64,000 bases of DNA from Camelus dromedarius (GCF_036321535.1 NC_087436.1:31870001-31934000); one strand, 5' to 3'; numbered from the stretch's first letter, positions 17,098 to 30,789 are shown. A program made the numbers and translations. The notes: a model not told the origin generated them from the letters alone.

Positions 17098-17439
17098 GGG
17101 TAGTAGCAGCTTCGTAGTTACTGCTTTGTAATGCTTTACAATTCTTCGTTACCTTTCAGTTACCTGGTAAACAACTTACTATCTTGCCAACAGTCCTTTG
17201 TGTTAAATCTTCTCTCTTCAAATAATAGATGTGGTTTCTGTCTCTTGAATGCACCCTGACTGAGCGCCCCTAAGCTCAGTGAGAACTCTCAATTGCTCCA
17301 GGAAGTTTAAGAGGCTAGGCCACTCCATTGAAGGGATGTGGGATGTTTATTTTCATTACATTTCCCTTGTTTTTAACACAGTGTTAACAAAGCAGGTTGA
17401 TAACCGCCTGATATAAAAGTGGCATCAGACATTTGTTAT

Positions 17440-17700
17440 GCTGTGTTTGATACTGGGAGTCACATTTGGATACCCTGGCAAATTAGAAAGCCTCTGGAGG
17501 AAGGTAATCATGAAAATGACCAGTCTTGAAGCCATTCCCAAGGAGGGGCACACTTATTTTATCTGAAGACAAGACTGCAGGAGGATGGGGTAACTTCTCA
17601 AGTATTTGAAGGTCAGTCATATGGGAACTGGATTAAATTTATTTTGCAGGGCTCCAGGTGCTAGAGCTGGAGCCAATCAGCAGAGCTAGAATGAGACATG
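17440..17700 (+). mobile_element. CR1/L3 fragment
   Basis: cttctcaagtatttgaagg...ttattttgcagggctccagg; highly diverged. Confidence 0.45.
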
Positions 17701-19379
17701 AGGGCTCATAATTTGGTAGCGATGCATATCTGTATTCCTTTAATATTTGTTAAACGTGTATCTAGCAAAGGTAGGAAGAACCCTTTTTTGTCGTTGTTAA
17801 CAAAATGTATAGCTCTTTATGCTCAAAATAAAGGATTTATTAATGTGGTTACATAACAATATACCTTCAACTTCTTGAAATATTTTTCCAGCTTTTATAT
17901 AACTCACAATTGGGTAGCACAAGCCACTTACACTCTCTAAGTAAGACTAGAGGTGATTTACAAGGGTAGCATTAAATATCCTGCCCACATTTATTTGAGT
18001 TCCTCTATCTGACTTTTATGTTGGCATACATATCCTTCTCTTATTCAATACTTACTGTATTATATATAATCTTAGGTCATTTTATAATCATCTCAGTGGG
18101 AAAATTATGGCCTAATAAAGGGTTTATAATTTAGAAAATAAAATAAACCACTCATTCCTAGCACATCTCATGGTTTTATTGGGTTTTGGAATTTCAGATG
18201 GCCATATTGTCAGGCGCCAGGGGGCAAGTGCAGAAGTATGGGGACTAGTCCTTTGCTGCCTTGTGCTAGTCACACGTTAGTCTCTCAAAAATACTCAGCA
18301 GAGATCGCTTTGTGTAGATAATGAATAACGTTTTTAAAATTTCCCCTTGACAGCACTGTCTGATTCCATATGGTAGGACCAGTTTACATGACCTCAGTTA
18401 TGTGAGGAGTGGTGTGTGTTAACAGGCACTCTTTAACAACTGAGCTTAAGGATATTTTAACACCCTTCTTTAAATTAATGCTCAGGAGCTGCCCGGTTTG
18501 TCTACCCTTTAATCCAAATCTCCAGTGGGTAAAAATTACAGGGGAGCATATTTCTGCGAGTATAAGCAAGACCTCACTAAGAACAAGAGTTTCTAACAAT
18601 AAATTGAGCTACCTTGCCATGCAGAGTTCCTCAACATTGACCATCATTTATCATGGACACTACTGAAAAAAAATTCTGCAATGGGAAGGAAGATAAACTA
18701 GAAAAACAGACAGAAATAACTTCACATAAACAAATGTGAAGTCCTGTCTTGTTATACTTTAACAGGTTGTAGGAGGCTGGCAAAACAACAGTTCATATAA
18801 AGATATGTTAAGAAATGTTCTATGATACTTGAAGGTAAGCAAAAGAGAGGATTATACGTCCTTTTAATGTCATACCGGGACATTGCTCAAGAGGTGCACT
18901 TAAGGACTTCGCAATTTTCTAGGAGAGTGACCTTGTTCGGTTTCGTTACTTATTATCAGTTAGAGCCCAAACACTAAGAAAGATGTTAACTTGTAGGTTT
19001 TTACCTGATAGATATGCAGATGATTTCTCTTTGGTGGAAAAGATAATCTCAAAAGTCATGATTTATTGACTTACAGGGTATTGAGATATTTTTCTAACTT
19101 AAAAAAACTTATTGCAATGTGCCTTTCTTGATGGACTATATATTTCCCAGTTTCTCAAATAGTTTTAAAACCAGGTTTATTACCTTCTATTTCCTTCATT
19201 AATAAGTTGAATAAATTTTTGACCTGTGTTCTTTCTTTATCTCTATGACAGTCATATTTTTAACTTTTGAAAATTATATTTGACAAGAACACGAGTTTAA
19301 AAGTGAAGCAGTAGTCCAAATGGTTAAGAAAATATTAATAACTCAAAAATTCAGAATGTACACTGTTCCCTGAACTAAT

Positions 19380-19875
19380 CAGCTGACACCTGTGGCATTT
19401 GATTATGTTCTTGGTACCTCATTTTTAGACTGACATTGTCTAAACAAGAAGAGGGCAGCTAAGATGAGATATCTTGAAAGCATGTTAGATGAAATATTAA
19501 TACAACTAAGGAACAAAGACTGAAGAGGGAAGTGTTGTGACAGTTTTTAAGTTTCATCTCTGATTGTATCAAATGTGACAAATCACAGGGCTGTATGAAT
19601 TGAGGAAAAGTCATTACCCTTTCTAGGTCTCAGATTCTTTGTCTGTAAAATGAATGAGTTGGACCAGAACTAAAATCCTAAGATAATTGTAATCAATATT
19701 GAAAGTTCACTGAATAAAGGAAGGATTAGATTTATTTTGTGCATTTCCCAAGAGCATGACTAAGCTCTTTGGTTAGAAGTTATAGGAAAATAGATTTTTG
19801 GCTGAGTATAAATAAAAGTTTTCTGACTATGAGGATTGTTCACAAATAGAACAAGCTACCTTGTGAAGTGCTAAG
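19380..19875 (+). mobile_element. CR1/L3 fragments with an internal MIR
   Basis: agaagttataggaaaatagatttttggctgagtataa...accttgtgaagtg; MIR core at about 19590-19690. Confidence 0.45.
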
Positions 19876-20140
19876 TACTGGGGCCATTCTGGAAGATCCA
19901 CTGAGATATTCAAGTGGACTTACCTGCTGGTGCCATTAAACTTCAAGGCCTTAGACGTGTACCTCAAGGTCTGATTAAACTTAAGCATGTCTTTGTTTCT
20001 CTTCCAGAGTGAATGCCAAGTGACTAACTTTGCATTTCTAAAGCTCTTCTTCCTTTTTTTCTGATTTTGTATTTTTGTTTTTGTTTCAGTTCTGAGCCAA
20101 GTCTGCTAGTCTGTCTGTTTTGATTAACTTAAATTAAGCA

Positions 20141-20314
20141 CAGTTGTGTCCTGGAGCAGATTATACTGGTGTGTGAGAACAAAATACATACACCAATTCT
20201 GCATTTGTGACATTGGTAACACAATTGAAAGCAGCAATTATAGGAAAATTCACACCACAGAGATAGGCCAATGCTACACACTAGTGCTTGTTTTAGGGAG
20301 AGCTGCAGTATATG
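20141..20314 (+). mobile_element. MER63-like hAT element
   Basis: tcacaccacagagataggccaatgctaca resembles the MER63A consensus. Confidence 0.55.
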
Positions 20315-20318
20315 AACC

Positions 20319-20789
20319 TGTAACCAAGCAGGACCCTACGGGGCCTTCCCAGGACAGACACCTCTCCCATATCCTCTGCCGTGGCTCCTCTCTGAAGTGT
20401 CTAGATAATGGTATCTAATGCACACTTCCTGAGTTGTCTTACAGATGCTAAAACCACCACCAAATGGAATAAATTAACTACCTGATGATCATGAGCCCTC
20501 AGACCTATGGGCAGCAAAGGGTTGATAGTATTACCCACTCTATTACCCCAACATCAACCAATCAGAGAATTGTGTACAAGCTGATCACATACCCTTCAGC
20601 CCCTGTCCTTCACCTGGCTTTTAAAAATGCTTTGCTGAAACCCTTCAGGGAGTTTGGGGTATTTTGAGCATGAGCCACCCATTCTCCTTGCTCAGCCCTA
20701 CAATAAACTTTTCTCTGCTCCAAACTCCGATGTTTTGGTTTGTTTTACCTCAGTTGTGTGTCAGGCTCACGAACTTGCATTTGGTAAAA
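20319..20789 (+). mobile_element. ERV1 solo LTR
   Basis: tgtaacc...ggtaaaa ends, ccaatcag, TATA-like tttaaaa, aataaa; 4-bp TSD aacc (20315-20318, 20790-20793). Confidence 0.85.
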
Positions 20790-23700
20790 AACCTATATGT
20801 GTCTTTTCACAGCTAGGTCCAGGCACTGGTAAGTCCATGTCTTATCTCTAACCAGTAGACAGGTCTCAACTGCATAATCTAGAAAGCATCCTTGCAAAAC
20901 TTGTGGGTTGGGCCATGTCTTGTTGTAAAACCAGATCCAGGACTGCTAGGTGGGTCTCAACTCCATAGTTAATATATATAATTCTGATAATGCACATGGC
21001 TGATTATTACGGAAAATTTGGTTTTATGATCTGCTCACTTGATCTTCTCTGTCAGGTGGATAATAGGGATCTATTTTTCTTTTGGGTGAGAGACAACAGC
21101 TAATCCAGTTTGTCAGTCTTTTTGTTTGGCTGTTTATCTACTGTGAGCTCAAATCAATTAAGAAAACAATTTGTGCCCACTAGAAAGGAAAACATCTCCT
21201 TGAGAACTGGACTGGTGAGGTTTTTGTTTCTGAGTTTACTCCTGACCCGTAGCTGAGGTTACAGAGCTGAAACCAGGCAGTTCTCTGTAACTAAGAAAAG
21301 CTTTTATCTCTCATTGTGTGTGTGAAATATTTTCTCACCTTTGGAAGGTATTAATAAATTAGATTATAAGGTCTTAAATTAAAAGAATTCTGTTCTAATT
21401 GACCTATAAAGTAAGTCAATTATTTATACTTATAGTATGCTTACATAAATCTAATATTTCCAGAATTCCTAGAAGATAAAGGAACTAAATATTAGAATAC
21501 TCTAAATGTTCTAGCCTTTTAGCAAAAACATTCTTTCAGAAAGTGCTGAGAAGCATTTTATATGACAATATAAATATATATGCATAATTCATAATAATTA
21601 AATTTACACAATTAAGGTGACTCTTTGGATAAATCAGTTTATAATTTTGGTTTTAAAAAACTATGTCTTTTTCTCCTAATTTTAGTAGTAAGTATACTAC
21701 ATTTGTACATTTTATTTTTTAGAAGATCTAAGCTTTATTTCTGAGCTTCCTCAACTTCCTCTGCTGGTTTATTGATGAAATAATTTTGAATTACTACTTA
21801 AAAATATTAAGGATTATGAAAAGTGTAAAATTATGTGTCTAACGAAGTTGAATTATAATTTTGACAACCTTTTGATAAGAATAATCACATGTTCTATAGT
21901 ACGTTAGCTGAAATATAATTTCTAATATTCTTAACTTTAAAATATCAGACTAATACTAAATCAACTTAATTAATGGATAATCTTTGGATACTGAAATAAT
22001 TTCTTCTCTAAGATAGACTGCTAAGACACTGATTACTAAACATAGTATGTATATATATATCTTCATTTCTTATTACCATGCTATGGAGTAGCATGCTTTT
22101 GGATCATGTTAATGAACAAATGTATGCATGTAAATAACACTTTATCAATTACACATCTCCCGTTTTCTCTGTGAGATGGAGGTTAGTTTGTTTAAAAGTT
22201 ATATAGTTAATATGAGTAGTAAGACCATAAACTAAGAACAATAGTGACAATGGTGTAAGCAATGCTAAAGACAAGAACAATAATATTTGTAAGATAAAGG
22301 AATTTGTTTGGTTTTTCAAAGAAAACATGAGTGGTTTTGTTCTAAAGGAAAACATCTGTTTCAGAACATGAAATAGGATAAGGAAAGACAAACCTTGAAT
22401 GGAGATAGAAAATTATAGAAGGCTTACTGAAATTAACCACATTTGTGACGGTTTTCTAAAAAGAAGCAATAAAATATGTTAAAATTTTGGCAGAGTTCTC
22501 TGTTTTGATGGGTTTATTCAAAAGATAATTTTTTTAAGGAACTTGGAATTCTTTATTGCCAACTATTGAATTAATGCAAAAACAGAATTTGGCTTTCTCT
22601 CTATTAAAATGTTAGATTGCATTAGGGCTTTTAACAAGGGGTAATAAGCAGTTATTATTTATATTTTGTCTAACCCATTCAGATAGTAGAGATTTATATT
22701 GCACCAGAATAATTTTCTGTATTTTGTGTTGATTTTATCCTGTGATTATTTTTTAGAAACAAAGAACAAAGTGTCTTCACACCTGAAAGAGTCAGCATTA
22801 CTTAAAATCTTTTTACCTACTTCTATGTCTATTTTAAATATTATATGGTTGCTTTAATGATTAGGTAACTAAACTTTTTTTCTCAAACACCTATTTTAAT
22901 CATGGACCAAGTCTCCTCTATTAAGTCTGTTGCTTTTGCCTTCCTAAATCCAGACCCTAAATTCAGAAAATATAAAATTCTCAGATTGTCTCTATACTGA
23001 AAACTACCTTGGAGATTCTCAAAGAACCTCTGGAAAATCACAAAGATTTTGTTCTTTTACCTTATAAAGAGAGAATGTTAGAAATAATTAGGTGTGTTGG
23101 ATAGCATAATACTTTTTAATAAGCTTAATATTATTGTAAGAGTAGCCCAGGAAGAGTTGTCCAATCAGAAGGGATGCTCAGCCTTTCCCAAGGTAAGTTT
23201 GTAAAGGTAAAATGTCATTAATAAAAATATTTCAGGGTTGGTACAATTTACAGGGAGGTCCTTAAGATTTGGCACTGCCCTTGCTGTCCATACTATGTTC
23301 TTATCCTCAGAGAAAACATTGATCATATCTTTATGAAACATGCACTCATTAGACAGTTCTGTTCTCCATTCTGATATTGCTAGTTGATGTAATAAATTAA
23401 CCACACCCATTCATTCTTAGAGGTCCTTTCTGCTTTTCCCTCATGCTTGCCTGAAGGCTCTGCTCTAAGTTACAAGCCAGAGATCAAATCTTTAACAAAA
23501 AATTCTTACAGCCTCGGAGAAAAGATTGTACTGTGTACACCTAACTATTGATACTTCAAAGTATGGACCCAGAATACAGGCTTCTGACATGACAGCCTTT
23601 AGAAAACTTTCAGACAGTACCAGGAATTCTAGGACTTGTTTTTTGGTCCTGAAACTGGTAACTTTGTGAACTCAGATTGCTAATCCAAGATCCAATGGAA

Positions 23701-23799
23701 CAAGAGTTAATTATATAGAATCAAAAGAACTGATGAAACAAATATAATAATTGTGGGTTTTTGTTTGGAACATTGTTTTTTTAATACTCTATTTTCTGA

Positions 23800-24065
23800 T
23801 GGGTATATTATTAATATTTTAGATGGCAAGTGTTTTTTTTAAAATAATTCTTTTAGAAGTATATGCTGAAACATTTTCATATGAAATGATACAATGTCTC
23901 AGATTGGCTTCAAATAATCTGGGAAGGAAAATGAATGGGGTAAACAAAATAAATGTCTCTGTATTGGTAACTGTTAAGCAGTGTGATGGTTACATGAGGG
24001 TTTGTCATGCTAGTTTCTCTACTTTTTTATCTGTTTGATATCTTTCCACAGTAAAAACTTAAAAA
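23800..24065 (+). mobile_element. Ancient L1 (L1MD/ME-like) 3' end
   Basis: tgaaatgatacaatgtctcagattggcttcaaa...gtgatggttacatgaggg. Confidence 0.6.
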
Positions 24066-26504
24066 AATCCCATTATCATACATTTTCCTGTGTTTTTAAG
24101 CTCTTAATAATCATTATTTAAATGCCCATATCTTATTTCAAAACACACACAAATGACTATTATCAATCTTTATTGTTAAATTCAGGCTGCTTTCAATTTC
24201 TTGTTATAAAAAATACTAAAATTTTTGTGCATGAACTTTTCACTATTTTTTGAATTATCCCTGAAGACTTGGTGGATCAAGAGGTAGGAAATTCTAAGGC
24301 TCTTGATCATGGAGCCATTTAATTTACCAAATGTCTTTACCAAAATGCACATCTACTAACCACACCCTCATTGACATTGGATATTTTAGTTTGTTTAAAG
24401 CAAAGTAAGTAAATACTAAGTATTTTCTAATTTTTTCAGGGGGATAGTATCTCACTGTACTTTCACTTAGGAATTATTTCCAGTAGGCTGTTCCTAGCCT
24501 GCCATTTGAAGTTTTAGTATCTCCTGCTCACTTTTGTTTAGATAATCATTCCTACTGGGCATGGACTTTGATATTTGGCTGCCGGTGGTCATGATCCCTT
24601 GCCCCTAAAACAAGGAAAATTCCTGGAGGCTCTAACACTGTGATCCTGAAATTATCTGGCTCCTGGTATGAAGAGAAGATCCAGATGAGTGGGAAGGAAC
24701 AGGTACTGACTGGCACAACTGAAGGTCTGAGCCAGTAGGACAGAACAATGCCCCAAGCATGTCTAGAGTCTGAAGTCTGAAGCCTGGGAAGAGTTAGCAC
24801 GTGAAAATTACTTCAGGGGTTACATTTTACACCCCAATTATGGCCTTGGCTATTAAAACTGGGAGGAAGAGAGAATGAGCTTTCTAGACCAATAAACTGT
24901 CCACTGGCCAATATTTTTATCATAAAGTTGGATACAGCAAATATCAGTGCAATTTAATGAATTTAAAGTATGCTGAGAACACACCATTAGCTGGCCTGAT
25001 TTTGAGACTACATTGCAGGCAACAGATAAGCAAGTAATCAGCTTTCTGCAGGTGGTTTGAAAGTGTCAGGAGTAAACCACCCCAAGAAGGGTGTGATAGT
25101 TATGCACTTTTCTTAAGTCACACTTTGTTGGACACAATGTTCAAGTTTTCTACCTTCCTCCAGTACCAAATCCTCCATGATGATGGTTTAAAATAAAGAG
25201 ACAATTTAGGGGAAAAGGGAAATACAGCAGGAGAGTTGTAGCTGGCTAGCTGAGATTCTCTGTGAACATCATTACTGTTTTAAAGAATCTACTCAAGAAA
25301 TCACCTCGCCTGGTTGCTGTACTTGATATATACATTTTTATTTATGAATCTGTTAGGAAATTTGTGAAAGTCTTTGAAATGGGCAAAAGATTGCTGGGTA
25401 TCCCTTCAGTGGAAAGCTAGGCATTGTCCAGAAGACCTTTGTGGATTATCTGATTTTACAGGGGTCTGTTCCTTTTGCTGCCTTTGACTAGACTGCTTCA
25501 CAACTCTGTAAACTGTAGAAAACTGACAGTCATGCAAGTCATTTTCCACAGAGATGCAAATGAATTTTGTCTTGTAGAAAGACATTTGATTTTCCCTTGC
25601 AGAAGATTCCAACAATTAAACATTTTATTGGCCTATGAAGTTTATACATCTATTAGCAATTTCATTTTCTCATTCCTTATTGCCTGTATATAAGTGTTTA
25701 TTCTTCATATTTTCCCTTTAAACTGGTTGTAACATCTTACTGTCTCCTCATTAATGAAAGAGTTCAATAAAATCTTTGGCATTTGTTCATTTCATATTTG
25801 TGTGAGAATTTTGATTTTAATTAAAAAAATCTTTTAACAACTCCAACCTCAATTAAATATGTATTAATTCTTTCCAGCAGCCATTAATAATGTGTTTTCC
25901 TTAGGAGGCCCCAGATTTTTTCCAGCATCTGTTAAAGGAGATCAGGTCCCAGAACTGAAACAAATCTCTATCTCTAAAGTGGATAGGACTCTCTTAACCA
26001 TTCTGCTCTAATGTAAAGCTATGTCTGAGGTTTGCTAGGACTAAACCTGAATTTGCAGAGCTTAAGAACATAAGTGCAGGCACTGCCTGCCCACAGAAGT
26101 ATTTCAAGTACCCAAAATGCAAGGGAAAAGTGGAAAGGAAAGATGGAAGAAAGGAAAATGCAGTGCATGGGACAGTGATGATTTTTGAGGTGGACTCTGG
26201 GGAAGCAGTGTTTTTACTCTGTAGAGTCTTACAGCTGGGCAGTAACTGGTCTCCAGGTCTAAAGAATGTAAACTGATTTCTAAACCACTGAGTGGCTGTG
26301 AGGATTCAATGAGTTAAGATATGTTAAGTACTTCATATAACATGGATACAAAGTACATGTTGTGTCAAGTAATTATTATTATTATACCCAGGATGATTAG
26401 ATATTACTATTTTTATGTATACTTCCTCAGTGCAAACATCTACCTTCCTTCGAGAAAACACCACTGCAGTGGGGAAGAAAAGATGAGAGGGTAGACTATA
26501 AAAT

Positions 26505-26872
26505 AAAAGACACTTAAAAGAAAGATCAGCCATTCACATTGTGTAAACAAATTAAAAAAATAAATAAAATAAAATTTTTAAAGACAATCATGGGACAATT
26601 GAAAATGTAAATGCTGTGAACACTGACTAGATATTGGATAGTTTGAGGAGTTACTATTAATTTTTTAGGTAAGATAAGAGTATTACAGTCATGTAAAATA
26701 GGGAGTCATTTTTAAGTTAAGAATGAAATCATAGGTGCCTGCGATTTGCTTTAAATTTATGTGTGTGAGGTGGGAAGATGGGGTAAGATTAGCCAAAGGT
26801 TGTGAACAGGTGATGGGAACATGGAGGTCTATTAATCTATTCCATCTTCTTATGTTTACATCAATTAAAAAA
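26505..26872 (+). mobile_element. Ancient L1 (L1MD/ME-like) 3' end
   Basis: tgaacactgactagatatt...gatttgctttaaa...ggtgatgggaacatggagg. Confidence 0.6.
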
Positions 26873-27169
26873 TGAGGAGGAGGAGGAGCACTAGGAAGAT
26901 GAGGAGAAAGAAGACAACTACACACCTAGGATTTGGTCTTATCCTAGGATTCACCTCTCCTCCTGGCCTCCAGACCATCAGTAGGACCCTCACTATATTT
27001 TCTAAAATGTGAGTTATTCTGCCAAGAGCAGTAGCAAAGCGCCTTCAGCAGGACAGCTGAAGGAGGGCGTTGGCGCTCTAAATTTGAATCACCTCAAGCT
27101 TTCCCTCTAGTTTAAGATGTGAGGTACATTTCTCATCCCCTCAGGTAGTCCAGTGGGTGTCTCTTGCAT

Positions 27170-27230
27170 AACACACCACACACACACAAACACATACCCC
27201 ACACATACACACACACACACACACATACAC
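27170..27230. repeat. Imperfect (CA)n microsatellite
   Basis: Direct observation. Confidence 0.85.
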
Positions 27231-28094
27231 TGTTTTCCAAGAACAAAAACTAATTTTCATAAACAGTTGAGCCAAAATCCATTTTTCCATGTGCAACAAA
27301 ATTTCAGAACAGCTTCTTCCCAGGAAGAAGACAGCTTTCATTGACATTTTTATGCAGAGCAATGTCCGTTCCCTTTGTTTTTTCTCAGACTGTATCCTGA
27401 GACCACCACTGCATAAGAAATGGAGTCCATTCCAGAGCAATCGACCTCTCCATGGACACTCTTAGGCTCACAAAGACCCGGAAAAGGCTTTATATTTATG
27501 TTTTCTCCCCTTTGCTATTTAGCCCAGGTCTCACATCTTTCTGGTGTGGAGATTATAGAAATGCAGAAAGATGTGTGGGTTTAATCTCCTCTCCAAGCAA
27601 ACCCCTGAGGACTGGGGTAGGGAGGAGAACTGTGGGAGGTAAAGGGCCGGGGGTGGAGGGGGTGGGGATAGTTTGTTCTTTCAGTCACAAAAAAACAAAT
27701 AGATATCACAGACTTTTAGACCCAAAAAGACCTGAAAGTACTTCTAGGCCAACCCCTTCAATTTACACTGAGAATGATGCTTACAGGAGTCAAATGGAAC
27801 ATTTGCTGCAATCATACACAGGGCGTTTATAATACATATTTAGGTGACTCTTCTCACAAAAACTTGGCTAATAACTAAATCAGAAAAATCGAGAAAACAA
27901 TAATCTTTTGATGTTTTAATTATTAAATTGCTACCTCAGCCCCAAGCTTTAAATAAAAAAGTTTTGTGTACACTTAAATATTTATGATAGTTGTTAATTT
28001 CAAAATTATCTGCACTTGGCCTGTTGCGGTTTCCTCCTTGCAGAAAATCTTCAGAAGCACTTATCAAGGGCAAAACCATGGAGCAGGCTTCCCC

Positions 28095-29370
28095 GGGGCA
28101 GGCAGGCAGGGCAAGCCTTGTCTAGAGAATTTTAAAACTATAATAAAACCAACTAACAGTTGGTCTGCTTTTTATTAGCATCATTCTCTGCAACTCTAGA
28201 CAATGATGAAATTGCTCTCCCTGAAAAAAACAGACAAACAAACAAAAACCTGGGGGCCTAAATTCTAAACAATTGCTGCAGTTAACTGTTGAATTTTAAC
28301 ATATAAGTAAGCTCCATATTAGCACATTTTTGTGACGTTTTCTTTAATCAACATCGTATTCCTAACTACCCAATTAGCCTTCGGCACACATGGGCTCAGC
28401 TCCACATGTTTGTTTTGAAAGTAAGTCCTGCAACCCCTGTGATATTTCATATACCTGCATTTAAATTTTTGATGTGCAATAAGTACTGATAGTTCAGCAA
28501 CTTTAAAGATGAAGCAACAGAACTCGTTACTTCAGTTCTGCCATTCTGTGTGACCATTTGCTTTTATTTGTGCAGTAATGTTGTTAAATGCAGATTTTAG
28601 TTCATATATGAGTTTTACTTTGCTATGTTTAAAATAGAAATGTATTTTTTTAAGTTGTTAATTGCTTTTGAACTAAAAATAAACCAAGAAAATAAAATAT
28701 TACATCAGTGATGTAATTTAGTAGTTACCTAAATAACCTCCTTTTGCTGAAGTTGTGCTTTTATTAAAATTAACTCATTAGTTATGAAAATTTTCAACAT
28801 AAAGTATTATTAGATTATAACCAACACATGAAAGTTCAAACTGTGAGGTAGATATAAACTATCAAAACAACCAAAGATGCTGTTCTGACATTGCCAGAAG
28901 ATATCAAAAGGTTAATGTTTGAATTTTTTCAGTCATTTTCACCAAGGACAGGACATCGACTGATCATTTAGCCATTTTCTCTGATATTTGCCATGAAGAA
29001 AAACTTTAGAAATTTTTATTAAATGTAAGTGAAATCTATGATGAATTTTTCTGGTGAAGATATTTTAATGGGAAATATGTGGCTGTGGAGACATTTGGAA
29101 AGCATTAGAATTGATCCCAAAGAAACTAAGACCCGAAAATTATTGCAATTTTTGAAATTTATTGCCAAATGAGATTTTTATAAATGTTTGCTAAACTTAA
29201 CCTTATGTTTAAGACTTTCCCTAGCCATTTGTATGCCTGCTGCTTCATGTGAAATTAAAATAAATCAAAAGTGTTCTTTGATTAACTATGAAGATAGATT
29301 GAGAAGTTTGTTAAAACGCTGGTTACACATAAGTTTGTAAAGAAGATCAATTTTCAAAAAATCATAGACA
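28095..29370 (+). mobile_element. hAT-Tip100 (Zaphod-like) DNA transposon remnant with transposase C-terminus
   Basis: Zaphod/MER115-like end text (aataaaaccaactaacagttggtctgctttttatt). 29188-29253 translates LLNLTLCLRLSLAICMPAASCE followed by LK*IKSVL*LTM (hAT dimerisation motif). Confidence 0.65.
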
Positions 29371-29772
29371 CACTGGTGACTTTTGCAATAAAAACCACCA
29401 CCAGGTACCAGAGCTGGAGAGGAGTAAAATGATGGAGGCCAAGAAGGAATCTTTAAGACCTTTAAGAAGATAACGTTTTAGACACTTGGCTGATCTAAGG
29501 AGAAATTTGAGAAGGGATGGGTTTTCTGCAGAGTTTTTGAGGAATGGGGTCAGAGAAATACTGTTTTGTTAATGTGATCATGCCTCTATTTTTATCCCAG
29601 CTTGGTATGTCCTAGGGAAATGTTGATGGCAGTTACAAAGGTCCCTTCTCTTGCCAAAACAGAGGACCCAGAGAAAAGGTCTTTATAGAAAGCAGAAGGC
29701 TTTCACCCACCTTCCTTCACTCTGCCCTTCTTCCCACTGCCACAGGGAGTCTTTGAGGGGGCATGTATATAC

Positions 29773-30085
29773 CTTCAGTAGGCCATTCCAATCCTTTTCT
29801 GCATAGGCATAAAGCCTGCAAAATGCCAGTAGGTTCCCTCTTTCCTAAAAGATAAGAATTCCTTCAGTCTGACTTCAGGCTTTCATATTAAATCTATAGC
29901 TTTTTTTTTTTTTTTTTTTTTTTTTGCTGGTATCTTTGCAAACATTTTCAACATCTCATGGTTCAATAAGACTATAACCCATATAAAGTCCATTTACCTT
30001 ATGATCCAGTCTTAACAAGGAAACTTAGTCCAGTTTCCAAAAATAATTGAATATCAGTTAATATCTTTTTACTGATTTTTTTAGG
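29773..30085 (-). pseudogene. Candidate TM6 (approx. 30085-29998) and TM7 (29844-29773) exon remnants
   Basis: KSVKRY*LIFNYFWKLD*VSLLRLDHK|GTAAAT. Then acceptor cttatcttttag and a 72-nt exon with YWHFAGF / WNGLLK|GTATAT (cf. 'NSLQ|G'). Confidence 0.35.
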
Positions 30086-30302
30086 AAAATGATTCTGGAG
30101 TTGGGATTTTTATTAATACAACTCAGGAAATGTCTTGAAAATTTCTCTCCACAATTGTCTCTCCATTTCTTATAAATGTGGAAGCTACTCCCCAAATTTT
30201 TATATCCTCTTCCTGCAAACTCCCCCAATTTCTTCCAAAATTCAAGGCATGCTCTCTTTGGTCTCATCCTCCCTCCCTCTGTCATATTCCAGAGCTATTT
30301 AC

Positions 30303-30416
30303 TTCTGTGTGGCTATAAACTCTGGCTTTCCCAATCAAGCAACTATAGCACTCTCATTATCCAAAACCCCAAATCTGCACAAAATTGTGGGAAATATGTT
30401 GGCCACAAAAGGAATT
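30303..30416 (-). pseudogene. TM5 exon remnant (114 nt)
   Basis: Strong acceptor cttcttcctttctgtctacacctcag, donor AA|GTAAAT. IPFVANIFPTILC then a shift to LGFWIMRVL. Confidence 0.5.
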
Positions 30417-30789
30417 CTGAGGTGTAGACAGAAAGGAAGAAGTGATGTCAGTTCCTACATGTTAACATCTTTATCTGTTCAGGAGTATCCTCAAAAATTT
30501 TCTGTCGAGGATGAAACCTGCCTGAGACCAAGTAGTTGATTCAAATTCTGGTGTGGCTGAAGACAGAATCTTCCAATATTTGACGACAAGGGACGCCAAG
30601 TCTGATGGTGATTTACATTTAGCAACTGAAGACTACCAGGAAGCAAGATTTTTATTTTTCCATTTTGGTATGCTATTACTTATTCTCATTAATTTTTTTT
30701 GAAAATGTGGGAGGAAGAATGAAGAATAAAAACACTGTGTAATAGAGGGCCAGTTTCCTTATTAACTCTATATATCAATCTCAAAGATG

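Larger units (their letters stand above)
16181..17266 (+). mobile_element. LTR33-like ERVL LTR, interrupted
   Basis: ttctgccaatag...gagggagact...gaggaagaagggacttgc. Resumes at 17098 and ends gtggtttctgtctc...ccctgactga. Confidence 0.7.
19880..23800 (+). mobile_element. Degenerate ERV1 (MER4/MER34-group-like) internal sequence
   Basis: Long AT-rich non-coding block with MER4-group-internal-like phrases (e.g. gattgctaatccaagatccaatggaacaagagttaatta). Family assignment tentative. Confidence 0.45.
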
